A stretch of DNA of 64,000 nucleotides from Gracilinanus agilis (GCF_016433145.1 NC_058134.1:282531542-282595541), one strand, 5' to 3'; shown: positions 35,064 through 48,785, numbered from the stretch's first letter. Program-made: numbers and translations. The notes: generated by a model not told the origin, from the sequence alone.

Positions 35064-35767
35064 GTGATAAGTTTAGGAGGGCCTGATCAGCCTAGAGGCA
35101 TCCCAGGAAGTTAAAAATCAGGTTTATGTACAAAACTAATTCACTCCTCAATCCTAGCAAGTCCCTCTTACTTAACTCACATTTTAGAAGTCTCCAGCTC
35201 TGAGGTCAGTGTTCTCCCTCAGCCCTACCCAGAACATGGTGCCCTTATTTCTCTGGTCATTCGTGCTGTCCCTATCTGTTTCTCTGACAAATGAAATCGG
35301 ACCATCAGGCAGGACCTCAATGGACTCACCTCCTCCCCCGGGTTCTTCTTTTGTTCAATCCTCCCCATTCATTTGCCTTGAATTTCCGTGGCAATTTCCG
35401 TGGCACTTCTGAGTCTAGCCCATTCCATCCTCTCACACAGTTGCCTCAGAACTACCTTCTGTGGAAGCCTATTTAAGGGCCATAACGAACCAGTTAGGCA
35501 ACCACAGCCAACTCTCTCTACTTATCTGGGCTCTGAAAAATGACCAGGTTCCCTTCGATGACCCCTAATAGTTCTTTCAGGCTTCTGATTTCAAGGCCGT
35601 CTTTCCCAGCTAGAACGTAAGCTTCTAGAAGGTAAGAAGTGCCTCCTCCCCTACGAACCTAGAAAACCGCCCATGATGGACATAAAATAAATAGGAGCAA
35701 ACCTAGTCATGTGCAGGACACAAATAGAGATTACATGTGGAATACACAAATGGTGTTAAATATATAA

Positions 35768-36121
<354 letters not shown>

Positions 36122-36531
36122 TAACGGCCCCCTCGAACGGCCGGCATGCACTCACCCACCTCCTCCGTGACTGGAGCCCCAGCCCTCCTGAGGGCTCCGG
36201 CGCCCTTTTCCTGCCCATCTCCATAAAAGCCACAGGGATCAGGTTAATCGTCCTGTTTAGAGATCTCTGAGGTTTTCAGAGTGCCTTCCCCACAGCAGCC
36301 CTGTGAGGTGGGCATTGCGAGGATTATTGTGCCCATTTTGCAGATGGGACAGCTGAGGCTCCAAGAAGTTGGGACTTACAGGGGCACGCCAGCCTTTTAT
36401 ACTACCTCAGAGGGCTGTGGTGGGGAGCCAGGCAAGAACGCGCATGCTCCTCCCCGCTCCCCGCCCCTCCCGCGCCCAGCTCCACCTAACAGGCCCCCTC
36501 CAATCTCGCTCCATGAACTTCTCCACCACAG

Positions 36532-36695
36532 GCGGGAGCTCTATCACTCTGGGGTGAAGGTCGCCATGATTGAGCCTGGCTTCTTCAAGACCAACATCAC
36601 CGACCTGAAGCTTTTCAAGGAGGGCTTCCAGAACTTGTGGGATCGGCTGAACCCCGAAGTCAAGCACATCTACGGCCAGAAGTTCTTTGATGACT
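36532..36695 (+). CDS. RDH16: RDH16-like coding exon 3 (164 nt)
   Basis: RELYHSGVKVAMIEPGFFKT. Acceptor CCACAG, donor GTGAGT. Confidence 0.95.
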
Positions 36696-36734
36696 GTGAG
36701 TGGGTCCTTCCCAGGATCCTCCCTGGGCGGGGGC

Positions 36735-36905
36735 AGGGAGAGGGAGACACAGAGACAGACAGAGACACAGAGACAGAGACAGAAACTGAGAGGGACAGAC
36801 AGAGAGACAGAGAGGGACAGACAGACAGAGAGACAGAGAGGGACAGACCGGCAGAGACGGAGAGACACAGAGAAAGGGGAGGAGGGAGAGAGAGAGGGAG
36901 GGAGG
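36735..36905. repeat. Compound (GAGACA/GA)n purine-rich repeat in intron 3
   Basis: Direct reading. Confidence 0.9.
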
Positions 36906-37242
36906 CAGGGTCTGGTGGACACACCACTAGTGGTAAACAGAGCTAGAATTCTAATACAGGACTCTTGACTTCTGAATGCCCTGCAGAGCTGCCTCCAGCA
37001 ATCAGTGAGCACTTGTTAAACATCTACTGGGCACCTGGCACTTTGCTAAGGGAAGCTGAGAGGGGAATAAGCATTTATAGAGCACCTTCTATTTACCAGC
37101 TCTGTGCTAAGAGTTTGTTTCTTTGCTTGTTTCCCCAAATATTTGACCCTCCTGATAGCTTCTGGAAGATAATAGAAGGTAATAGCTGGCAGCTGACCTT
37201 TATGTGTGTAATCGATATTACATCTATACAGTACATTTATAA

Positions 37243-37470
37243 AGCAAGGTGGCACAGTGGATGGAGTAACAGTCCTCGAGGCAGGGAGACTCATCTTCCT
37301 GGGTTCGAATGTGACCTCAGACACTTCTTAGCCAGGTGGTGCTGGGCCACTCACTCCACCTGTTTGCCTCAGTCTCTTCATATGGAAAAGATGCTGGGGA
37401 AGGGCTTGGCCAGCCACTCCAGCATCTTTGCCAAGGAGATCCCAAATGGGGTCCTGAAGGGTTGGCCAGA
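37243..37470 (+). mobile_element. MAR1-type SINE in intron 3
   Basis: Head, CORE and 'ccactccagcatctttgccaag...ccaaatggggtc' tail. Confidence 0.8.
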
Positions 37471-38034
37471 CCTGCTGCCCTTCCCCAGGCACTGAGCAGA
37501 GCACTTTAGCATTCTCTTCCTTCCAGCAGTCCTCGGATGGGGAGTTTCCCTTGTTTCCCAGCTGGGGGAGTGGTGGCAAACAGAGGTGCAGGTCCCCCAG
37601 CAGGGAAATGTCTGAGACCAATCTCAAACTCTGCTCTTCTTGACCCTGGGCCTGACCCTAGCGGCCCCTAAAGGGGTCCTTTCCCTTTCTTTGGCCCCTA
37701 TTAGGTGCTTAACTCAGTGTTTATTGACTAGCTAAGCCCAGAAGACAAAGCAAGCCCTAGACTGGGGAGCTGCTCCCTTTCTCCCTCGCAGCACTTGAAG
37801 GGGGCTGAACGTGGGGTCTAGAAGGTGAATGGTCCAGGGGATGTGGGGACCATTTCTGAGCCTGGGCTTTAGGAGGGGATGAACAGGGCCAATCCACGGA
37901 GGGCCTTGAGTGTGGCCTCTGCCAGTCCAGACAAAAAAGGACTTGGTGAAGTCCTTCAAAGGTCCTGCTGAGGCCGAGGGTGTGGGGTGGCACAGCCCTA
38001 GCAGTGTTAACCTTCCCCCTTGGGAACCCTACAG

Positions 38035-38252
38035 ACATCCAGGCTACAGTGGACATGCAAGATCTTTGCAACCAAGACTTGTCCCTGGTGACCAGCTGCA
38101 TGCAGCACGCCTTGACCTCTCGCCATCCGCGGACCCGATACTCAGCTGGCTGGGATGCCAAGCTGTTCTACCTCCCCCTGTCTTATTTGCCCACCGCCCT
38201 CGCAGACTTCCTCATCATGCGGAATTACCCCAGGCCTGCCTCCACCTCATGA
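38035..38252 (+). CDS. RDH16: RDH16-like coding exon 4 (218 nt including TGA); spliced protein is 317 aa
   Basis: VTSCMQHALTSRHPRTRYSAGWDAK. Acceptor CTACAG. Exons sum to 954 nt in frame. Confidence 0.95.
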
Positions 38253-38401
38253 AACCACAGGGAGGCCAGTGGCAAAAGCCCTTTACGTAGTAGGGATTGG
38301 CTGTGCCGAGAAAGAGTCCCGGAGAACCCCTGTTATGTGCAAGGTTCCAGCTAGGCCTGGTGGTAAGAGGAAGGTGAATATGGCATGGTACCTCCTCTAG
38401 G

Positions 38402-38414
38402 AATAAAAAATAAA
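38402..38414 (+). terminator. RDH16: Tandem AATAAA polyadenylation signals of the RDH16-like gene
   Basis: AATAAA at 38402 and 38409, 150 nt after the stop. Confidence 0.75.
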
Positions 38415-38928
38415 AAGGCACTTATACGCCTCTAAGGCTTGCAGAATACTTGATAAGCATTGTCTCATTGGTCCTCCCAGCCACCAGATTATCCTCCTTT
38501 TACAGATGAAGAAACCCATGTTAAGTGATTTCCCCAGCCTGACACTGGCTGTGATGGCCACTGGGCCACCCAGGAGCCTCGAGAAGCTTAGCGAGAGAAA
38601 AAGGGCATTTCCTAATACTGTTCCCCAACTACAAAAATAACCAAAAAAGTAGACACAGATAATTGTGATGCATGGCAGATGGTTGTGGTAAAATCCCAAA
38701 AGGGGAGAGAGCAGACAGATATTCCCAGAGAGGGTGGGATAACCTGTCCAGAACGGATTCACGCTGGCCTCCATTGGCCCTTCCCCACTGAGATTGTGAT
38801 CGCTCCTCCTGCTTTTTAATTTAATTTCAGCAGGAGCACACAAAGTTCTGCTCCAGCCCTTACCTTTCCTCTGTGTGTCTCCCTACCTTAAATGGGTTCC
38901 TAAACATCTACCTTTTGGGATTCCAAAT

Positions 38929-39010
38929 TACTACTACTGCTACGAGGACGACTACTACTACGACTACTACGACTACTACGACTACTACTACCGCTACTGC
39001 CACTACTGCC
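38929..39010. repeat. Compound TAC/GAC trinucleotide repeat
   Basis: TAC units interspersed with a (GACTACTAC) higher-order unit. Confidence 0.9.
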
Positions 39011-40827
39011 CCAAACTCCCACCCCCTGGATATCTTCCCTCATTTTCTTTTTAGACTTTTAAAAAAGTTTAAACTTACACACCAAATAAAATGGGCGTTT
39101 CCACATCGTACATAGTAGAATACAGAGAAGAGTACAGCAAACAGTGAATCTCTTGCAAAGTTTACTTTTCTTTTAAAAAATATTTAACGAATTCAACTAG
39201 TAACTTTCAAAGCTGTCCTACTTCTCTGGGTCAATCTTCTCTTTTAGATTAGTCAGAATTTATCCCGTAACCTCTTATTCTAATGAAGCAAAAACAACTT
39301 AGTTATATTAGTAAAGAAGTACTGGGATAACAAAAACATCTCCAAGGGGCAGTTGGGTGGCACAGTGAAGAAAGTACCAGACTTGGATTTGGGACAACTT
39401 GGGTTCAAATCTGGCCTCAGATACTTCCTAGCTGTGGGAACCAGAATCAATGACTTAACCCTATTTCCCTGAATTTTGTCCTTCTGTCTTAGAGTTGTCG
39501 CCAAAACAAAAAGGAAGAGGTTTGTTTTTTTAAATCAAATGACGGCATGAAATAAATGGTACATAATCACAATTACCATCTTAAACAAGAGGGACAGGAA
39601 TAGGGGTGCTTTTACTTGCCTCATCCCAGTGCCAGAGCTCCCAGGGACCCTACGTCTCCATGAAAGGCACATCTCGTGTTCCAGGTGGTCTTTTTGAGGT
39701 ACTAATATCCCACTTAATGTCAGTTGTAAGGTCTGAGTTTCACTGGGCTGCCATATTTCTCATAGTTTTTACCACAGTTGGACCTGGGAAATATCCATCC
39801 ATTACAATACCATGGCAAGATGGGACATGCCTGAAAGGATTCCTCCCTCCGATGGCCATCTCTCTTTCTCCCTACTTCATCTCCTCCCTACTTTCTCCCT
39901 AACCTTGGCACTTCTTCTTGACCTTATCACTTCCCCAATTTAATCAACTCCAGTGGCTTTCTGCACCTTCTAGGATCAAATATAAAATCCTCTGTTTGGC
40001 ATTCGAAGCCCTTCCTAACATCCTCTCCACCTTCCTATGTTTCCAATCTTCTTATTTCTCTCGATATACTCTTTTTAAAAATAAACTCTTACCTTCTGTC
40101 TTAGAAGAGAGTTAAGGGCTAAGCTTTCTTATCCACTGAGCCACCTAGCTGCCCCCTCAACATACTCTTTAATCCAGTGACACTGGTTTTGAACAAGATA
40201 CTCAGTCTGTTGACTGGGCATTTTTTGCTGGCTGCGAAGGCCTAGAATGCTGTCTCTCCTCAATTCTATCTTCTGGCTTCCTTTAAAATCCAGCTAAATA
40301 AAATAAATAAGAAAAAAAAAAAATCCAGCCAAAATGCTGTTTTGGGGGGGGGGGTTTATAGGAGGAGGTTGGTTTATATGATTTTTCTTTATACAGTTAT
40401 TCTCTTACAAAAATGAACACTAGGGAAATATGCTTTGCATGATGGTATATGTATCGCTGAGTTCAGATTGCCTCCCATCTGGTGGGGCGGAAGGGGAGAG
40501 AAGGAAGGGAGGGAGACAGTTTGGACCGCCTTCAGATACCTTAGGTGGAAAATTGTTGTTACATGTAACTGGTAAAATAAAATATCTTTATCAAACTTTT
40601 AAAAAGCAAAAATTAAACAAAATTTTAAGTAAAATCCAGCTAAAACCCACCTGCAATTCCATGAAATCTCAGGACTGTGCCTAGTCACATATATCCCATC
40701 CAAGTAAATATTACAATATTAGTCCTATTTACAAATGAGGGAATTGACCCCCAGAGAAACTCATTGATTTGTTTCAGGTCACATGACTAAGGAAAGTATC
40801 AGAGGCAGGTCTCATCTGACTCCACAT

Positions 40828-41362
40828 TGTAATATTTAGAAATTAGATATTATATAGATATATATTTTAAGGTGTGGTCGCCGGGAATCAATAATTTAGA
40901 TTGATTCCATAATTAAAAGAGACCCAAGTCAGGATGGGTTTTATGGTAGTTTATTTACAATTAGGAAGGTAAAAGGTAGGGAAATAGAGGGAGAGGCTGG
41001 CCCAGGCCGGCAGAGGCCGGGAAAGAGAGAGGGTTAAAAGGCTAATTAAACTAGGCTACAAGCCACAAGGCCTTAGCAATCAGAGAAGCAAGAAGCCTAC
41101 TTGAGGTAGAGAGTCTGGAAAACGCCAAGGTAGGCCCAAGGAAGTCAGCCTAACTTACCCACGTGACAATTTAGAGTGGAATCAGCCTGAGGTCTCAGCC
41201 GAGATCCTCAGCACCAAGTTCAAAGTGGGAACTCCCTCAACAGGAAGTTACCATCATATTTGAAAGACAGCATCTTTTGTCACTAAGGGAGGTGGGGATG
41301 ACATTATCTCTGGTGGCTAGAGTTTTAACTATGAATGGGCTTGAACTAATTCCATTTACACA
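40828..41362 (-). mobile_element. Solo LTR, 535 bp (ERV1-like)
   Basis: TG...CA ends, 4 bp TSD ACAT on both sides, minus-strand AATAAA near the left end. Confidence 0.85.
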
Positions 41363-42169
41363 ACATCCAATGTTCTTTCTCCTATCCCAGGTGGGAAACA
41401 AGATGGGACCAAAGACTGAGTGGTCTCAAGGTAGGAGGTATTCTTAGGGGAGGGAGGGTGCCAAGAGTAAGAAGAAGTAGCCTGACTCTCAAAACATTTA
41501 AAGAAATGGGGGGTGGGGCTTGCCACTTAAAAGCATTGTATAGGGGCACCTAGCTGGTGGTTCTGTGGATAGAGAAACAGGCAGTCTTAGGTTCAAATAT
41601 GACCTCAGACACTTCTTAGTTGTGTGATCCTGGGCAAGTCACTTAATCCCTTCTTCTGCCTTGGAATCAATACTTAGTGTGGATTCTAAACAGGAAGAGA
41701 AGGATTAAAAAAAAACTGCATTGAATAACCTCCCCTTGTGGGTGCATGATGGAGGGGCCCTTCACCCAGCTTGGGATCAAGCAGACACATCCATCAAGTG
41801 ACTATTCCCTGCCTTCCACAAGGACATTTCTAATTGGCTACTGAGTAAGAACTCTGTGGATACACTCCAGAGGCAATCCCCTAGCCCAGGCCTTCTCCTT
41901 CCTGTTGGCCTTGAGGAGTAACTATGCCTCTCTGAGCTCTGGGGGTCATGCGGACTCTTCTTTCAAGGGGTTTGTCTCCTGGTGGGCAGTTTTTTCCCCC
42001 TAAGGCTGACTTACATGTTGGTCTGCCTCTGCTTCTGTTGTCACCATGATTGTGCCAGACCCTGATACCCGACTGTTCAGGCACCCAGGAAAGATGTCAG
42101 CAGCCTTTTGAGATCTCACAAAATTCTGCACTAAAAGAAAGAAGACCCTGGCAGGAGACTTGCCTAGGA

Positions 42170-42372
42170 CAGTGATGGGCAAACTTTTTTAAAGCGGGGC
42201 CAAAGGAAAGGAAATACTCATCAGTCAGTCTGTTTCTAAGGCAACTCTTTCGAAGTTTCATTGTATTTTTTCCTACTTATTGTATTTGTCAGATTAGGAA
42301 TAATGTTGTGGGCCAGATAGAACATTTCAGGGGGCTGCATCTGGCCCACAGGCTGTAGTTTGCCCATCACTG
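42170..42372. mobile_element. hAT MITE, 203 bp, perfect 16 bp TIRs
   Basis: CAGTGATGGGCAAACT ... AGTTTGCCCATCACTG. TSD GCCTAGGA and GCCAAGGA. Confidence 0.95.
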
Positions 42373-42939
42373 GCCAAGGAGGTTGCATCCTTTATGGCTG
42401 GTCACCTGGTTGGAAAGAAGGGCGTCCCTTCTATCTTCCACCACACAGAAAGTCATTCTTACACCACAGTCAACAAGAAGGAAAAGCCTGAGGGACAAGG
42501 ATCACCCCTTTAGTATGTCCACAGCCTTCCAAGTCAGAAAGTGTCTTCATGCAGAAAACCTGCCCTGAAGTGGAAGAGGGAATTAGGAGAAAGAAGACCC
42601 TTCCATCCACACATGCCCAGGTGCTGCTTTGCCATTTGGCCATGCCACAAAGTGGCCAACCTTTTTCTGAAATATTACTGAATGGTGAATGGTACACTGA
42701 GGCAGGAATCTAAGGAATGAGAGCAGAAAAGAGGGAGAATAGGCATCAAGAAGGAACTTCTTGTTTGGAAGGGTTAGGAAACACTTCTTAGGAGTGGGAG
42801 GGAATTTTTGGAGTCTCTATCCCAAGATATCTAAGAGGGAAGGAGAATCTGCCTTCTTTCCTTCTTTCTATCTGTTATTTTCTTGTGCCACCTTGACTTC
42901 CACCAACCTAAGCCCCTGGACTTTTTTCAAGATCCAAAA

Positions 42940-45900
42940 TGTAGAGATTAAAATTAATATACAAAATACTAAGTATTGTATTTATAAAATTTTATTCATA
43001 ATAAACTAACAAAAAATACTAGCTAAAAGGTACTAACCAGCCCGCTCACCAGAGCCAAAGAGGAAAAGGGAGGAGCTACAGAATTTATAAAACAATTACA
43101 TGACCATGCAAACATGGGAGGCACAGGAGTGTAATAGAGAAATAGACTTTAAAAGTAGGAAAGCAGATTTAGCAGGCAGGCTAAGGGCAAAACCTTGGCT
43201 GTCAGCCATCGACATTCTGAATGGAATGCAGGCGAAGAGAGAGGAGAGAGAAAAAACTGGCATTGCTGGCAGGAGAGGGGTTTGGAGCAGAAATCCAGCC
43301 AGCAGTGACTCCATAAACTTGGGATTTTTGAGATTGGAGAAGCTTGAGGACAACATCTCTCAAGACAGTCCTTAAGTAGTGGATAGTGTCTGTTTTCTGG
43401 TGGACAGCTTGCAAGCATTTTCCCCTACCTGGTATCTTTTGGATTATTGGCTGTGCAAGGTATCCTGAAGCCATCAAGGAAGTGACCTGGACCATTTGTG
43501 AGAAACTCCAATATCCAACTCTCTCCCTCTAGACCTTAGCCAAGGCTATCAGCCTGATTGAAGTTAGGTTGACAGAGAAACTTCCCCTTAGAACTCCAGT
43601 TCTTGTCAGTTAGATATTCCTAGTTACAGATATACCTCCCCCACTCTCCCCGACTGTTATAATACAATTAAACTGTTTTATTGTTCTTCCTGTTTGTTTC
43701 CTCTCACCTCAAAGAACCCATAGTGTGAGAGTTGTTAATCTTTGTGTTATTCCCTGGTAGTTGACAGAGACCAGTAAACCCAACTGCCATTCCTTAGTGA
43801 AGGGTTATCAGATTTACTCTGCCTCTGATACCCTATCCTTCTTTGTGAGTTTGATCTGTGAGTGGCACTTGCCCAAAACACTTGCTGGTTTCTCATTGAT
43901 TAACTCATATTTATATATTCTTATAAAAGGAGAGATTAAAAGGGAATTTGGGCAACTACTAAGGGACTTATGGGGGATACAGTCCAAGGTTCAAAATCTC
44001 CATTTATATATACCCCACTGTGATCTTGTTGGGAGACCAGTCCCCCCAAAAGGATCATGGAAACATAATCAACTTAAAAATTGCAATAATTTGTAGATAA
44101 AAGGAAAAGAGAACAAAATCAATTATTGCTACATTGACAAAAAAAAAAACAATTTGGGGGCAGTCCCCTTTGGCAGAAGAGTATACATTCAAAACAAATG
44201 CTTTCAATACCCCCATTGTTCAATTTCACATCCCAAAGTTCAATCTGGATTTTCTGTTGCAGTGTGTGGTCTCTGCAGGTATCTTCATGGTGCCTTCTCC
44301 AAATAGGTTCATCTTCTGGGTACTGGGAGGAAGCAAGCTTCTTATCCTAAAATTTCCTAAATTCAAATCAAAGTTCACAACAATAACAAAGCCCCCCCTG
44401 AGGAAAATAATAACAAACAGGGATCACTCAGGGATACATGGCTGAGTTATAAGATATATGAATCAATTTGCAAAAGAAAAACAAAAAAATCCAAACAAAA
44501 GAGAAAAAATAACTTGTGGATGAAATATAAAATGTCAAAGTCTTATGTCTAAAAAATCTAAGTAAAGGAAAAACAAACCTATAACAGGTCCTTAAATCAG
44601 GACCCAATTAAAATGATTTATGTAATTATTAATTTACCCAATCAGTAGCCAGGACTACAGAAAGTTTGCCACACTATGAAAGACAGAAAAGGTACTAGAT
44701 TATAGGAACCAGAATGGCAGCCAAAGTGAGATGCTTGATGGGGCTCAGGGAAGTCCAGCCTCTGACATATATCAGAAAAGCTGCAACCTTGAACCCCAAA
44801 TAAATTCAAATCCTCTTGTCTTGGCTCAAAATTACATCAATCCCACTGGGATTGGTTAGTCTCTTTGACCTTGTTCTCGATTGGCACTATGCAGGTTGGC
44901 TCTGTGCTTCTTTAGCACTGTTTAGTGGTTCTTTTTATATTTTCTTCTTCTGGAATCAGACAGAATCAATAAGCAAAGTCCCATAATTTTTAAGCAATCA
45001 GTGGCAATATTTCTATAGTATAAATATTTTGGGGTATGCATTAATATTAGAACAAAGGTATTTTAAACTTATATTACTGCAAAATAAAAAAAGACTAATA
45101 TTGTTTACATGTACAACAAAGTACTCAAATACTATATTGAAAATACAAGGGAAAAATAATAAAAAATGTTTTAAAAATCACAAATATATAGCCTAGAATC
45201 TATGACACACTGTATCAGCCAAGGAGAGGTAGAATACAAAGGTTCTTCATGAAAAAATGAAATCCATTTCCTTTTTAAACTTGGCCATGAACCACTGTGT
45301 GAGTGCAAATGATTTTCACAAAATAACAGATTAAAAAAAACAGTAATATTAATATAATGCAGTAAGATAATGCAGATTCAAAGAAAGTACCAAAATCCCC
45401 AAAATTCACAATAGCCCAGTTATTGACAATAGCAAACAAACCCATTATTATATAGAATTCACATGATTTATATATAGCCACTTGCTGTGAGATGTTTAAA
45501 AAAACCTATGAACTGATGTACTTGTCACAAATCTACAGGTATAGGAAATCTTCCTTTGCAGCTGCTGATGAAAACCTATTTTGGGTCTATAACATCACCA
45601 AGAATTTAGATCCTTCTGGTGGAAGAGCAGAATAAGCTAAAGAGTTAAAACTATTAAATCATCCAGAAGCCACTTGCTTCCTGGGGTATGCTCCCTCTTG
45701 GGAGCCTTCTAGGGGTACCATGTCCTAGGAACACCTTCCCAGCTCCTCTGGTATGAGACTGTTTTATATATAAATACATATTAAAATATGTATATATACA
45801 CATATATACATATCATCCATTACATTTTTTAGAAATGTGGAGGTGGTGATATAGAATTACTTTTGCTGCTAAATGGACCCTTTAAAAACAATTGAGATAT

Positions 45901-47655
45901 TTAGCTCATTAAATTCTCCAAAGGTTGTATAAGCAACATGTGACCTTGATAGTTGAGATGACAAATCCAGGAGACATAAGACTTACGGGCTTTTTTTACA
46001 ATGGTATGTTGTTCAGTAAAATCATAGGGAAATGGTACAGATAAAGAATCATATAACAGAATAGATATTTAGATTAATACAGATAAACTTAAAAATGTAA
46101 ACATTAAAGCATTCAGTAATATACAATAATATAAGCAAATGACAAGGTACTGGTAGTGCAGTCAAAAACCTTTTTACCAATTCCAATAGACTTATTTACT
46201 ATCTTGAGGGGAAAAGCTGAGAATGATTAGTAAGCAATAAACTTCCAGATATCTTTTAAGGTTCTTTCCCCTCCCCATATATTCATCATCCATTTGCATT
46301 TCATTTGTCAGAGCTCTGAATTTAGTCATAGTGAGGGAGAATTCTACACTGAGCATTTAAGACTTCAAAACTTTGTTTTGTTTGTAGTTGAGTTCGTCTT
46401 GTAGTTTAAGCAGCCCCCTAGCCTGTTGCATATTCTTGAGAAGTAGTAAATAAAATGGGAAATCTCCACTGAAAATAAAAACTCCCAGGAAAAGATTTGA
46501 GCAGATCCAAACTGCACTTTTTAACCCTACCAATTGAAACTGTTGTTTCAGAGTTTCAAGCTTGCTTTGAAACAGCATTATTCCTCAAAAAAAAAAAAAA
46601 AAAAAAAAGCAGAATGGATTTTATTCACAGAGTAAAAACAAAAGACCCAGACTAGAAGGGCAAAACTTTGAGGGAGAACAATAGTATGTTTGCATATGAA
46701 AGACTGGCCAAAAGGTAGAGACAAAATACCAAAAACTTCTACTTCAAATCTACTGATTTAGTTTCTCTGCCCTCAAAAGAAAAACTCAGTGTTGCAAGTC
46801 TCTCTCAGCCACTAGTCCCCGGGCAGCTTAAGACTTCTGTTTAAAAAATGGCTAGCGCAGGCTGGAAAACCCACTTGGGGTAGGGGAAGCGATTGGGTGG
46901 AAAGATTTTTATACGTCACCCTCTTGAAAAAAAAAAAAGCAGTTTGGAATGGTAGGTTCTCAGCGGTGGGTCTAGTTGAGGCAAGCGGAGGCTTCAAGCT
47001 GGATGAGGAGTGGTGAAGAACTCTGGCTTAAGCAGATGGACACAAGAAGTGGCAGTGGGAGACAGGCGGGCAGGTCTGGAGCCAGAAAGCAGTAGAAGCA
47101 GGTCCCTTGCAAAACTGCTATCAGGGGCAGCTGGGTAGCTCAGTGGATTGAGAGCCAGGCCTAGAGATGGGAGGTGTCCTAGGTTCAAATCCGGCCTCAG
47201 ACACTTCCCAGCTGTGTGACCCTGGGCAAGTCACTTGAACCCCCCCCCCTGCCCCCTCTTACCACTCTTCTGCCTTGGAGCCAATACACAGAAGTTAAGG
47301 GTTTAAAAAAAAAACAAAAAACTATGCTATCCTTTTTTTCAAAAACTTAAAAAGATTTGTTTTTTAGAATTCTGTCCCTTCAGGTCACCAAAAATGTAGA
47401 GATTAAAATTAATATACAAAATACTAAATGTTATATTTATAAAATTTTATTAATAAACTAAAAAAAAAAACTAGCTAAAAGGTACTAACCAGCCTGCTCA
47501 CCAGAGCCAAAGAGGAAGAAGGAGAAGGTACAGAACTTATAAAACAATAACGTGACCATGCAAATGTGGAGGCACAGGAGAGATTAAAGGGAATTTTGAG
47601 AAATACTAAGGGACTTGTGGGGGATGCAGTCCAAGGTTCAAAATCTCCATTTATA
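42940..47655 (-). mobile_element. Degenerate two-LTR retroelement (ERV1-like, apparently non-autonomous)
   Basis: Homologous LTRs at 42940-44008 and 47395-47655, tRNA-Arg-like PBS at 47374-47390, PPT-like AGTGGGG near 44013-44019, tentative TSD AAAA. No gag/pol/env ORF recognised. Confidence 0.8.
47124..47315 (+). mobile_element. Young SINE1-family copy inside the LTR element leader
   Basis: Full SINE. TSD AAAACT(AT)GCTATC. Confidence 0.9.
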
Positions 47656-47659
47656 AAAA

Positions 47660-48640
47660 TGAATGAGAGGAGAGATGGCAGCAGGGCAGAGCCCAGGCCT
47701 GAAGTGCCCAGATAATTATCCCAATACATGAGTCTGAACCAAAAATGCAAGATGCAAAGAGACTTTATTATCTTAGTTTAAACTAAGGGTCTCACATGGA
47801 AAGGCTGATGTGTGACCATGAGTTGTGCTGAGCTGGGTTTTTATAGAGTGGTAGGCAGCAGGGGGCAGGATAGGGGGATGTCTTCAAGGTAGGCATTCCT
47901 TCAGGGGGAGAGGTCTGGAAGGAAGGAATTCTTTCAGATAAGGGGGAGAGGTCTGGAAACCAAAGGTCTGTAAGTTAGGAATTCCTACAGACAAGCCTGT
48001 TTCGCTATTATGTTATACAGGGGTCTGGGTTTTTAATTCTGGCTCTAGGTTCCGCAGGCCCACTCCCCAACTCTCCATCCCTCTAAGAAGGTAGCAGTTG
48101 AGTGTGGGTTTGGAGGTGGGCCAGCATTCTGGGCACAAGGCCAAGGGAAGTGGTGTCCCGTGCAGAACGGCTTTGAGGACCAGGGTCAAAGGAATCAGAG
48201 ATAGCTAGGCCAAGGCACTCTTCCCCAGTACCCAAGAGCAAGATTGTGTCTAGGTCACCCATTCCTAGGCTTTCCAATTCCGTATGTCTGTGTAGAGATC
48301 CTGTTCTGATTAAGGTTATCTCCAGGGACTGATTTGGAGCTGAGTTCATTGATTATATAGGGTTTATTGGTGAGGCCAGCATCATAACTGATGAAGTGAT
48401 CTAGGTCTCTATGGCTCTCCTGGGACCAGGGACAACCCGAGCTGGGTCAGGCAGTCTTCTAAATAGGTTTTTAGGAGCTTGTTATTCAGCCTTGATCATC
48501 CTAAGACATCTTCAATTGGTTAAGAGGTGCCCTGTCCATCTATCCATCCCTCCCAGTCCCTACTGGTGGGCAGGTCTCTCCTTCCTCCATTAACCAACTT
48601 CTGTTAAAAAGAAAGACCTTCCTTGGGATTCCCAAGGACA
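47660..48640 (-). mobile_element. Probable additional solo LTR
   Basis: TG start and CA end, minus-strand TATA-like (CTATAAAA) and AATAAA, internal 18 bp direct repeat AGGGGGAGAGGTCTGGAA. Boundaries uncertain. Confidence 0.5.
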
Positions 48641-48785
48641 AAGAAAAGGCCAGAAGCAGCAGCCTGGATGGTATCTTTGACCCAGATCCCAGACATAGGA
48701 ATACCCAGCAATTTTCCCCAATGTACAGGAATTAATAGAGTAGATGAAAAATAAATTCCCACACTACATATTTGCATTATTTATC

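Noticed and set aside
36281-37012. 221 aa (+) and 201 aa (-) ORFs
   Set aside because: Only exon 3 is real; the ORFs stay open because of GC-rich intron and the GA/TC repeat.
37655-37678. CTCF-like CTTTAGGGGCCGC on the minus strand in RDH16 intron 3
   Set aside because: Mismatches at several core positions.
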